Assembly (NCBI GenBank): GCA_958009085.1
Contig: OY253669.1
Coordinates: 620,001 to 684,000 of the forward strand
DNA length: 64,000 nt
From: Protoeuglena noctilucae
Taxonomy: Eukaryota
Direction: 5' to 3'
Below, one piece after another: positions 50,201 to 61,318 of this stretch. A program made the position numbers and the translations under genes. The notes beneath the pieces are model-generated. The model saw nothing but the letters and a program-made list of their open reading frames with translations. It was not told the DNA's origin and did no database searches. Each line of letters opens with the position of its first letter. Position 1 is the stretch's first letter.

Positions 50201-52723
50201 CTGGGTGCCAAGGTCGACACGACGCAGATGCAAGAGTACGTGGCGAGCATCACGGCCATGTTCGACCGGCTCAGCGGGTCTATGGTGCGTGGCGCGAGGG
50301 GCGAGGGGCATTGCACTGAATGCGCTGCCAGCACACCGCTCGCTCACAACTCCACTCTGACCCCTGCCCCGGTGCAGGCGGCGGACATGGCCAGGGAGAT
50401 GGACGAGCACGCGCGCCGGGTCAATGCCGAGCTGCGGGAGGCCGAGCGGCGCATGGAGACGCGGCTGCGGGAGACGAGGGCCATCGGGGACCGACTGACG
50501 GAGCACTTGGAGGTGTCGCGCGACCAGGTGGGGCGGCTGCGTGGCAGCCTGCGATGCCGGGAGGGCGTCACGCAAGCTGGCACGCACCCGCTCGCTCGCA
50601 TGCTCCCGTTGGATACCAATGCACATGGCTCGGCCCGCAGCACCACGCGGCTCTCAACTCGTCGACGCTTGCCAAGCACGGTGTGGAGGACATGCGTGAG
50701 GCGGTGGACGCGGCGCTGGCGGGTACGGAGGCCCGGGTGGCGACGGTGCAGTGCGAAGTGCGCGCCCTGACCGAGGCACTCTATGGGTGAGGGGGCAGGT
50801 TGTGCTCGTCACGCACCCACCCAGGCATTCAATGCACGCGATCCATGCACACCAGGCTGTGGCAGTAGCAGTGGCAGTGGCAGTCGTGATGGGCAGATCA
50901 ACGCTCTCTTCCTGCAGGGGGTCACTTACGCTGGACCTGGCCCAGCCGAGCACCTCGCCTGCCCGGGCCGCGTCGCCCCTCCTCTTCCCGGCGTCCGTGG
51001 CGGGGACCCCGGGGGCCAACGCCCGCCCCGGCACCCGGTCCCGCGTGCAGCCCCTGCCCGTGTCGCCCGTCGCAGGTGCAGCCTCCCCAGAGGCCGCCCC
51101 AGCTGCACCCCGGGCGCCCCTCACGTCACTCGCCGGCCTCGCCAGCCTGGCCCAGCAGGTCCCCGCCCTCGCTGCCAAGATCCAGGAGGTGGTGGACGCG
51201 GTCAATGCCCGCGCGGACGGGGCGTCGATGGGGGTGGTGGAGGCGGCGGTGGAGGAGGTCCGGGCGCAAGTGCGGGCGTGCCGCGCCGAGGCTGAGGCGG
51301 CCAAGGCGACGGCGAAGGGGTGCAGGTGCGGGGCGGGGTGAATTGCCACGTCCCACAACGCGCAATTTGGTGCACGGGGTGACTTGGGATGCATTTTATT
51401 GCATGTCATGCCACGTACCCGCACCTGCGAATGGCAATGTCGTGTGCCTGGGCCTCCCGCAGTGAAGCTCTGGACGACCTGCGGCGTCAGTGGCAGGTGG
51501 GTGTGCGCGCGTCGGAGGATCGCACCGAGGAGCACCACGCCGCCATCGCCAAGTTGGGACGGCAGGTCGCGGATGGGATGGCTGCACGACCCACGCAGGT
51601 GAGAGACCTGGCGGATGCAGACAGCACAGTCAGCTGCCGTGACACAGCCAGAGCGGGTCGCGAGTAGTGCCAGCCTTGCTCGACACCCCCCCTCTCTTTT
51701 CGATCGACCCTTCACTCCCAGCCCCCTTTGTCCTTAGCTCAGGCGATGGTGCAGGCGGCCGTCGCGGCTGCCGTGGAGGAGCGTCTCTCCACGCGGCTGG
51801 GTCCACTGGCAGAGGCCGCGCAGGAGGCGAGGGACGCGGCAAAGGACGCAGCGGCCAAGGCACGGGCGGCTGAGGACCGCGCACATGAGGGGAGGGCAGA
51901 GGTGGACCGGCGGGGGAGGTGAGGGGCGGGCGTGAATGTGCTGAGAGACATGCCGCTGGCTGTGCCGCTGGCTGTCGGGAGACGTTGATGCACGTTGAGC
52001 GAGGCACTGCTTGCCTGCTTTGATCGACGCCAGCCCTGTCCCCGCGGCGCAGGGCCCTGACAGAGCGCATCGACATGGAGCTGCACCGGGTGCAGGACCA
52101 GCTGCGCGTGGAGCTGTCGCGGGTGCAGGAGAGCGTGCGTGCGGAGGTGGCGCAGCGCTCCGCGGGGCCTTCGGGACTCGGGCGGCCGGCGTGGGCAGAC
52201 GTGGAGGAGCGAGTCGCCTTGGTGGAGGGTCGGCTGCGCAAGTGCGAGGGGTGCCTGGAGGGCATGCTGGACAGGTGCGGGGTTACCAAGCAGGAGGCAC
52301 GTGCACCGAGGCGTGCGAGATTGGCAGCGTGACGCTGCCTGACAAGGCCGCACCGGGCGACGACGGTGGCAGTGCTCGTGTCGCGTGCTCATCCGCAGGT
52401 CGGCGACGGTGGCGGAGGAGATCGCGAGGGCCAAGGATGACCAGCGAGTGACGCTCGAGACGGTGGTGACGGACGTGGCGCGGGCGATCCGGGACCGCCA
52501 CGCAGAGGCCACAAGGCGCGCGGACGCTCTGGCGGACCGTCTGGCAAAGGTGGAGGAGCGGGCGGCGGGGTCCGAGGCCCTCGGCGCCCGCGTGGCGCTG
52601 CAGGAGGACAGGGTCGCGCGTCTCCAGGCACGCGTGGCTGGGATGGGCGTGGGTGTGGGTGTGGGCATAGGGGGCGGCAGCATGTCGGGTCTTGGCCTCG
52701 ACCAATCTCTGGAGAGGTCGTGA
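47278..52723 (+). CDS. Long coiled-coil protein (multi-exon; apparent frameshift near 49923)
   Basis: Many exons of Ala/Glu/Arg-rich heptad sequence (e.g. AELARRVADVARRADAEAARVEAEGARRVAALEGRV). Starts MRLSDFVSLKDLSDGNNDW|YNVP and ends LDQSLERS*. Confidence 0.75.
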
Positions 52724-52850
52724 AACGGCGGCATGTCGGCAGGTATTTATCAAGTTCAGAATCACTGTGAATCGCAGATGTCTCGGAACACCTAACGCGT
52801 CGTCTTTCCAAAGCCGACGGCAAGGCATGAGCGACGATCACATGGCCTTC

Positions 52851-55736
52851 TCAAATGTTTGACGAAGTTCCCAACCCCACTGCGAGTCGTGCCCTGCGCA
52901 GCAGAAACAGGGGGGTCCCTCGTTCCCGTCCCGATCCATAGCGCTTCACGCCGCGCTACTGCTGTGGCATTCGACACTCATACACTCCACCTCAAGCCGC
53001 ACTCACTTGCACCGTTTGTCGAGCTCATTGGCGAAGTCGACGTACGCCTTGGCCTTCTTGGCGTTGCCCTGGAAAGTCTTGGGCGACTCGTCATAGAGGG
53101 CCGCCATCATGCGCAGCACCGCCGGCACGGCACGGAGCGCCACCTCGTCCGCCATGCGGTTCCCCAAGGCCTCGCGGTCCTGGGTGTCCACGCCTGCGGG
53201 CGCGGTCGCGAGGCACAGCTGGCGCACCACGCGCGTCGGTGGCAAGGGACGACCGGACAGCTGCGGGAGACGAGGTCACACATCCCAGCCTCGCACCGAC
53301 GGTGGACGCCATCCTCCCGACGACGGCCTCGATCGCGTCCGTCTTGGCCGCCACGCGCTGCACCGCCGCCATGGTGGCCGCGTGGAAGCGCCTCATCTCC
53401 TCGTACAGCCCCCCGATGCCCTCCTCGAGCCTCGTGGACGCCATGGCCGGGTGCGCCGACTGCAGGCCGTCCAGCTTCTTCTTGAGCTCCTCCATGTTGT
53501 ACTGCAGCCCCAGCTCCAGCGCCTTGTCCCGCATCACCAGGCCCTCGATGCCCTTGATCCCCGCCACCGCCTTCTCGATCCCCGCCAGGCGCGCGTGCAC
53601 CGACGTCACGTTCTCCAGAATGTCCTGCGGACAGCAACGGAGGGCACACCTCCCGCTCGTATCGCTCGCCTTCCTCAGCCACAGCCACGGCGACACCGCA
53701 AGGGGCCGGGCCTGACCGGCACACTACCAGGCATCCAGAGCCCCGACAGCGCCAACTGCAGTGATCCCGCACGACGGCTGCCCTTCTGCTGCCTAGTTGC
53801 TCTTCCACACACCCACCTGGAGCTTCGCTGGCTCGAACTTGGCCACCTGCTGCGTCCACTGGGCGCTCATGTCGTGGACGGCCTCCAGGTGCCGCTGGTA
53901 CCCCGCGAGCGTGCCGCTGAGCCCGCGGACGGCCCCGACGCCCGCGCTGATCTCCGTGGCGATGCGGTGCGTGTCCTGCGCCTTCTCCGTCAGGCCCCGC
54001 AGCAGACCCTTCACCGTGTCCACCTTGGGACCCAGGCCGACGTCCTCGGCCGTCACGGCGCGCTCCACGCCCCGCAGCCGCTCCCCGTACGTCGCGAGGT
54101 CCTCCAGGGAACGGCTCCACTCCTCCTTCATCGCCAGGTGCATCCCGTGCAAGGCCATGATCTCCTGGTGCATGCTCTCCACCTGCCTCTGCCACTGCTC
54201 CATGGGGCTGCGGGGACGCAGAGACAGGGCGGTGCTGTTATCGGATTAGCTAGGTGAAACTCAAAGGAGCGAGTGGGGACCACCCTTGGCTTGTGGCATC
54301 ACACGGCCACCGCCTCGATCGCTGCGCTGGCGGGCGCACCGGATGCGGCGCTTGAGCTCCACGATTTCCGCCGCCTGCTCCGTGATCTCCTTCTGCCGCG
54401 CGCTGATCTCTAGCAGCTGCGCCTCTGCGGCACGTCGTGGACGGATGCGACAAACGTTGGGCCACCCGCACGCTGCCAAGGACGCAACCGGCATGCCATA
54501 GGTGCCGGGCATCTGCATGCGCGACGTGGCGGTGTCACCTAGCGACCGCGCGATGGTCTCGAAGCGCTTTGGATCCATGTTACGCAACCGGTCCGCCGCC
54601 TGCACCACGTTCTCCTGGATGACATGCAGCGGGAGCGTGCTCCGCGCGACCTGCGGGCGCAGCGACCTGTCGCGCTCGACCCCGACGCGACGGCATGGCG
54701 CACCCGGTCGAGCACGGCTGGCCCTCGCCTGCTGCATGTCGTCCCGGATGCCTTCGAGCGTTTGCAGGCCCTGGAGGATGTCGTCCAGTGAGTAGTAGAT
54801 CTGCGAGGCTTTCTCCGTCAGCGCATCCCCTTTCTGGTCCAAGCCTTTCCAGGACTGCGCCAGCGCGCGGGCCTCCTCGCTGAGGGCGCTGAGGGGCTCG
54901 ACGCGCACAACCAGCTCGCGCACGCGCTCGCACAGGGTCGAGACCGCCTCCATCACCCCCGCGATATCTTCCTCCTCCGTCTGGATGGCCCCGTAACCGA
55001 CCAGGTCGATTGGCCCGCGCAGGCCGGACCACGACGCGTCATGCCGGGCACCCCGCGGCGGTGTCGCGGCCGCGCCCAAGCCCCCCGGGGAGAGACTGCT
55101 CAGCTCCTGCACACGAAGGACACAGGTGAAGGCTCGCGAGCGTGCCGGGACGCGGCCCAGCGGCGCATACGTTCGACTGTTAACAAGCGGCCGGGGGAGG
55201 CGCGGAGAGAACAAGCGCACGCAGCCCGGACAGTGTGCGAAAGCATGCGCAGTAAGATGCCTGCCGAGAGCAGCCACGAGGGCGCGACGCGAGGCCCACC
55301 TGAGCGCCGAGGCCCCTGCTTCTCTCCATGGCACTGCCCTAGCCCACCCGTCGCCGCGGGGTCGGAGAGCGTGAATGTCAGCAGATGAGCCGATTGCCTC
55401 GCGTAACGGCCTCCTCTGGAAACACACACTCCGCAGCAAAACGTCTCTGCGGGGCTCCGCCAGCTTTTGAGATGCGTAGCAATGCCTCGGGAGATATCCG
55501 CCATAAGACGTGCGCGCATCAAACTGCAGTTGCCCTTGGCGCGGACGCGTTACTGCAATACGAAGGCCGACGACCGCAGTTCCCTGCACATGATCTGACG
55601 CTACGGTGAATGTCTCGCTGCTCAATGGTGGGGCGGGTGGCGGGTCGCGTTCTGTTAAGTCGACCACGAAGGCACCGACGTCATCGATTGAGGATTGCGC
55701 GCGGCTGCCGTTGTCTCCGCAGGCATCTCCACACAT
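52851..55736 (-). CDS. Unknown coiled-coil-rich protein
   Basis: Phase-consistent exons such as AEAQLLEISARQKEITEQAAEIVELKRRI, MEQWQRQVESMHQEI and DILENVTSVHARLAGIEK. Last exon ARLAVGLGTSSNI*. The start is inferred. Confidence 0.7.
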
Positions 55737-55780
55737 TGCCACACTCTGGACGCGAGGTGGTGGTCGCGCATATTGACCCC

Positions 55781-58195
55781 ATGAGACAAATTCACTCGAT
55801 AGCGTGCCATGCGAGCCACGGCAGGGCATCGGGGCCGGTACCTGCGCGCGGCTCGCAGTGCGTGGCAGCCGCACATTCGGTCACGGCCAGCCCAAAAACA
55901 GAGAGCATCCTAGGCCGCCTAGGTCGCGATGCCTCGGGTGCAGGAGGAGCAGGGGGCTCAACGACGCTGGATGGCCTGCGAGCAGCTGATCGCGGTGAGC
56001 CAATGGGCTTGTGGCCCCGTCCGCCACGCACGCGTCGCGCGACGGCCTGCGCGCCACGCTCCTGCATGACCCGTCCATGCAGCGTGGCAGGCGATGCGGA
56101 CAGGCCCTGGGGCCCCACCAGCTGAGTTCGTGCGTGGGAGGGACGGCATGCTGGGACAGCGCCCCGGCTACGACGTGGTGGTGTGCGGGGGCACCCTGGG
56201 GATCTTCCTCGCCGCGGCGCTGCAGGCGCGGGGCCTGCGCGTGTGCGTTGTGGAGCGTGGCCCGCTGCGGGGCCGGGAACAGGAGTGGAACATCAGCCGG
56301 GCAGAGCTGCGGGAGCTGTGGGAATGCGGGGTCGTGGACCGCCAAGCGGCCGAGGGGGCCATCCGCAGCGAATTCAACCCCAACCGAGTGGCATTCCACG
56401 AGAGGTGCGAGCTGTGGACGACCGACATCCTGAACATCGGCGTGTCTCCGGAGGTGCTGGTGGCGGAGGCGCGCAGGGCTTTTGAGGAGGCGGGAGGGGT
56501 TGTGAGGGAGAGCACGGCTGTGGCGGGAGTCGACGTCTTTGCCGATGGCGTGGCCGTGAACGTGGCGGGCGGGGAGAATCGCGTGATGGGGGAGCTCCTC
56601 ATCGACTGCATGGGCCACGGGAGCCCCATCGTCCGCCAGTACAGGTCTGTTGTGCTAATGCTTGCGCTCCCTGGTACACACGCTGCCGGCACGTACGACC
56701 GAGCGAGCCCAGTCGCGCATCGACGTGCTTGCAGGGGCACCCGGAAGCCCGACGGCGTGTGCATGGTCGTGGGGACCGTGGCGAGCGGCTTTCAGAACAA
56801 CCAGACCAGCGACGTCATCGCCACCGTTTCGGACGCGCAACCGCCTGGCGACACAGTGGCGGATGCCCAGGTCTTTTGGGAGGCCTTCCCCGCCGGGTCG
56901 GGCCCCACGGACCGTACGACGTACATGTTCACTTACATGGACGCCGAGGCCCACCGTCACTCCTTGGAGGAGTTCTTTGATCTGTACTGGGACCTCATGC
57001 CCAGGTACCAGGGCGTCACATTGGAGGACATCGAGGTGACCTGGGGGATGCTTAGGCGGGCTGGCAGTCAGTGGGGCGGAGCGGTGCATAGGTCGATGTT
57101 GGCATCGAGGGTGCGCGTGCATGCAGGTGAAGCGGGCGCTGTTCGGGGTCTTCCCCACCTTCCGCGATTCGCCCCTGCGGGCTGCCCACGACCGGGTCTT
57201 GCAAGTGGGTGACGCCTCGGGCATCCAGTCGCCCCTTTCCTTCGGGGGATTCGGTGCACTACTGCGGTGAGTGCCATGGTCGGGGATGCAAGGGTCACAG
57301 TGCTACACCAGCCCCATGGTATGGTACACCAGCGTACTTAGAGAGAGTGGGTTCGTTATGATCCACGCAGGCACCTACCGCGCACGGCCACGGCAGTCGA
57401 CGAGGCCGTGCGGTGGAAGTGCACGGACCGTGCGTCCCTGGGGCTCATAAACGCCTACAACCCCGGTCTCAGCGCCTCGTGGCTGTTCCAACGGTGAGGA
57501 GACGTGGAGCCAGTCAGCCAGTGCGCAGCTGTGAAGGGTACGCACTTGCACAGCCTCACCTGGAGCCAGTCAGCCAGTGCGCAGCTTTGAAAGGTGCGCA
57601 CCTGCACAGCCTCACCGTCGTACGGTGCTCCCCAACTCTGCACCGCAGGGCGATGTCCATTCGGAAAGGGCAGCGCCCCTCACCCGCCTTCGTCAATCGC
57701 CTCCTGGGCTCCAGCTTCGCGAGCATGCAGGGCCTGGGCGACCCAGTCCTCAGGCCCTTCCTGCAGGACGTCATTCAGTTCGACGGACTCACCCGCGCCC
57801 TCCTCTCTCAGGCGAGCACCGCCCAGCCTGGCCAGCCGCCCATGCAAGGAAAGGGCTGCTAGGGTCCTCATTGTGTTTGTCTCGCCCGCTAGCGGGGGGC
57901 TTGTGAGCATGAGTGCGCCGCACAGGACCACCCGTCAACCCTCGTGTCGCGGTCGCAGATGGCATCAGACCCACTGTTCATCCCCCAGATCCTCCTCCAC
58001 GTCGGCCCCGAGCCGCTGGCCGACTGGCTCCGGCACTACCTCGCGCTGGGGTCCTACACAGCCCTGGCGCGGGCAGCAGACGCCGTGAACGTGGCGGGCC
58101 TGGTAGAGCGCCTGCCCCCACGGCAGCGCTTCCGGTTGCGGCGTGCGGTGGAGGGGTGGCGGTACGGCGCGGGCCTCGACTTCTTCAAGGCCTAG
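55781..58195 (+). CDS. cruP: CruP-like FAD-dependent oxidoreductase (CruA/CruP lycopene-cyclase family)
   Basis: GAGGAGGSTT, YDVVVCGGTLGIFLAAAL, LRGREQEWNISR, IDCMGHGSPIVRQ, FWEAFPAGSG, RTTYMFTY, VGDASGIQSPLSFGGFG, PFLQDVIQF and WRYGAGLDF. Confidence 0.88.
57505..57616. repeat. Intronic 56-bp tandem duplication (2 copies)
   Basis: tggagccagtcagccagtgcgcagct...cacagcctcacc occurs at 57505-57560 and again at 57561-57616 with about 4 substitutions. Confidence 0.9.
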
Positions 58196-58242
58196 TGGAA
58201 AGGTCAGCGGTGAGGGCCATCATGGCGCATGGATCGCAGCAC

Positions 58243-58956
58243 TCAGATCTCTACATGCTCCGACTTCTCGGTCCAGTGCTCGTGGCTGTCGCACCACACG
58301 GGCGTCGAGCACCACTCGGTCTGCCCGCAGAGGAGGTCGTGCATGTCCTGGTTGAGCACGGCCTGCGGTGCGACAGCGGGGCAGCACTCAGGGAATCGGC
58401 GGGCGGCGGCAGTTTAACCGTCGCCTTGGCGCCTGCAGCGTATGGCACCTGAGGCAACGGGCAATTCTCGCCGCCCACGTTGTAATCCTGGTGCGGCTCC
58501 TGTGCGGTCTGCGGGCAGCGCAGGAGAGCTCTGGGAGGGCCGGCGCGGTCTAACAAACCAACGTGGTCCCTGGTCCCTGTTGGCGGGCGCGCTGCCGAGC
58601 CCCTTGCGCGGCCTCGTCTTGCCTTATGAACCTCCTTTTTTTCCTGCTTTTGGGCCTGACGCTGGTGAGTCTTGTTGTCGCCCTTCGCCTGCGGAACGAA
58701 TGAAACTGCGACAAGCGCGCAAACGCGCCGCAGCGCCGGCGCCCGGGCGCGGCATTCTATCTTGCGTGGCATCCATGCATGATAAAGTCAGATCTGCTCA
58801 AATCTGGGGAGACAAGGCCAGAGACGAACGGGCGTACGCGAACGACAGCGCGGCGGTTGTGCTCACCGCGAGCGCGACCCTGCGCGAAGCGCGCTGCTTC
58901 CTGGCCCCCGCAGCCACCCCGGCGACCCTAGGGACAGAAACGCGTGACGCGAACAT
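58243..58956 (-). CDS. Small plastid-targeted orphan protein (~111 aa, Cys/His/Trp-rich C-terminus)
   Basis: Four phase-0 exons: MFASRVSVPRVAGVAAGARKQRASRRVALA | AKGDNKTHQRQAQKQEKKEVHK | TAQEPHQDYNVGGENCPLPQ | AVLNQDMHDLLCGQTEWCSTPVWCDSHEHWTEKSEHVEI*. Confidence 0.7.
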
Positions 58957-59112
58957 CCCTGCTCCGGCTTTCAGCGACGTGGGACGCGGTTGGCTTGTTG
59001 AGTCAGCGCGGTCAGCACAGACTCTCAATGCAACAAGAAAGCCAGTGCGCATCAGCCATGCGTTCTCGCGAACAAACTAGCGGCTCTGCCCTTCTTCAAC
59101 GCGGAACCACGC

Positions 59113-60182
59113 TCACACGTGCCAGTGTGTCGGCCCCCGCCCCAGCAATCCGTCAGCCGGCCGCTCGGCTAGCTCGCCGCCCGGCAGCATCTCCCACGCC
59201 CGATCTACCAAAGGGGCCAACTCGCAGATGTCGTGGCTGACGACCAGGAGCGTGCAGGAGCCCTTGAGCGAGCGCAGAAGGCGCACCTGCAAGGAGCCGC
59301 AGCCAGACCCTCTCAGCCGCAGCCAGTGGCGCAACAGCACAGCCCAAGCCGCCGCAAGCGCCTCACCAGCTCCGCCCGCGCGACCCAGTCCAGCCCGGCG
59401 AGTGGCTCGTCCATCAACAGCACCCCTGGGCCCCGGACCAGCTGCGTGGCCAGAGCGAGCCGCCGCTTGTACCCGTCGCTCAGCGTGCGCGGGTCCGTGC
59501 TGAGCGGGTACCGGTTCAGATCGAACCCCGTGTCGCTCAGCGCCTGCGGGTGCCACGCGAGCCCTCAGCGACGCTGCCTCCGGCGCCCCACGTGCCCCTG
59601 CACCGCCTCGGCCTCGCCTGCAGCAGCCTCTGCGTCAGGACTTGACGCGTAAACAGGTCCACCGTCCTGGGCCACGTCAGCGTCAGCTCGGCCTGGATCG
59701 AGTCTCCGATGAAGTGCCTCTCCGGGAACTGAAAGACCAGACCCGCACGAGCACTGCGCTCGCTCGGGCGCATGTGCGCCGGGGCCACCTCGTCCGGCCG
59801 GGCGATCGCGATGGACCCATCTGCGCGGACGTCGGGCGCACGCGCACCTCACGCCCACCACGGCCACGCGGCCTCGCATGCGAGCGTCCTGCCGCCCCTC
59901 ACCCGTGACCTCCGTGAGCCCCGCGAGGATCTGCAGCAGTGTGCTCTTCCCCGAGCCACTCTTGCCGTAGATCAGCCCCAACGTGTTGGGCTCCAGGTCA
60001 AAGTCGACCTTCTGCAGGAGGGGGCGGGGGAGGCCCGGGGGGCAGTAGCCCACCCCTCGCGCCCGCACGCCCATCGCTGGGCGGTTCCTCTGCTGCGCCT
60101 CGGCGTCCTTGATCAGCTCCCGCAGCGTCTCAAACACGCTCCGCACGGCCGCGGCTGCCTCTCCTCCCGGCAGCTCGGCCAT
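59113..60182 (-). CDS. ABCI11: Soluble ABC ATPase, ABCI11/NAP14-like (CbiO/ECF-type)
   Basis: Walker A GKSGSGKST, Q-loop GLVFQFPERHF, signature LSDGYKRRLALA, Walker B LLMDEPLAGLDW and H-loop VVSHD. The true start may lie further upstream. Confidence 0.85.
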
Positions 60183-60504
60183 CGCGGCACACAAGCCCCC
60201 ACGCGCGCCTCCCGCGACACCCCGCCCGCATCCGCCTGCCGCATGACGGCGACGGAAGATATTGCGGCACGAAGAGGCGCTCGGAGGGCTACATATTGGT
60301 CGTGCGGCTCGGGTGCTGTGGGCGAAGACCGGTCGCCGTGCCAACCCGACGCGTCCAGCCCACGAAAGAGGAACCCGCAGAATGCATGGACAGCATGTGT
60401 GGCATACAGACACCTGCACGCATGGGAGGCGCGGCCATCGCGCGGGGAGGCCTCGCCATCGGCATGGCACAACTCGGGCGCTCTTTTGCAAAATCTCACG
60501 TCGT

Positions 60505-61030
60505 TCATCGCTCATCCTCGGGCGCAAACTCCTCCTCTTTGCCCTTCCTCCTCGGCTTCCCTGGCAGCACCTTCTCCAGCACCTCCCGGTGCTCGTCGGC
60601 GCTCTGGAGGGTTCGCTGGAGGTACACCAGGTTGCGCTCTGCGATGCCCAGGAAGGAGCAGAAGCCAATTAGCAAACCCGGTGGCAGGTGGCACGCACAG
60701 CTGTCACACCCGACGCGCACAATGGTCGACGGTAGCCGGCCCGCACCTAAAACTTGCCGCTTGGACAAAACCGGGTCGTTGGCCACCTCCTGTCGTATCG
60801 ACTTGGCCACCTTCTGCCTGCGCGTGGATTGAGCAGCAGCTGTTGTAGGCGCAGCCACCGCACAATGATGCACATCATTTTGGCGGCGTGGGCGCATGCC
60901 ATCCTCACCTCTTCAGCTCCTGCCTCTTCGCTGGCAGCCGTGTCCCTTTCCCCGCCTCCTCAGCGGCGCTGACAGACGCACGAGCTTTCAGCAGGGCGGT
61001 GAGCTGCTGCTTCAGGTCTTTCGAAGACAT
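60505..61030 (-). CDS. Small basic helical protein of unknown function
   Basis: Three exons: MSSKDLKQQLTALLKARAS...KRQELK | STRRQKVAKSIRQEVANDPVLSKRQVL | GIAERNLVYLQRTLQ...EDER*. Confidence 0.6.
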
Positions 61031-61318
61031 GGGCCCGGCCTCTCAGCACACGACATCGGAGCGACTTCCTCTGGGGGCTTCGCGCGGCAGGCACGGCAAT
61101 CACCTGGCCCCGCGTCGACCTGCGCAAGTTGCAAGCCGTGTCACGGTCCGTCAGCGAAAGCTGGCGTCTGCGACACCACAAATTACCACCGTCGAGAGCG
61201 AGATTGCATGCTTGTCGCGCACAGGCCTTATTTGGCGCGCCATCGAGTTTCCTTGGCCTGGCTACGAGTGCCGCGCCCGTGTCCCCGCCGATGCGCCGCT
61301 AGCGGCCCGATTCAAAGC

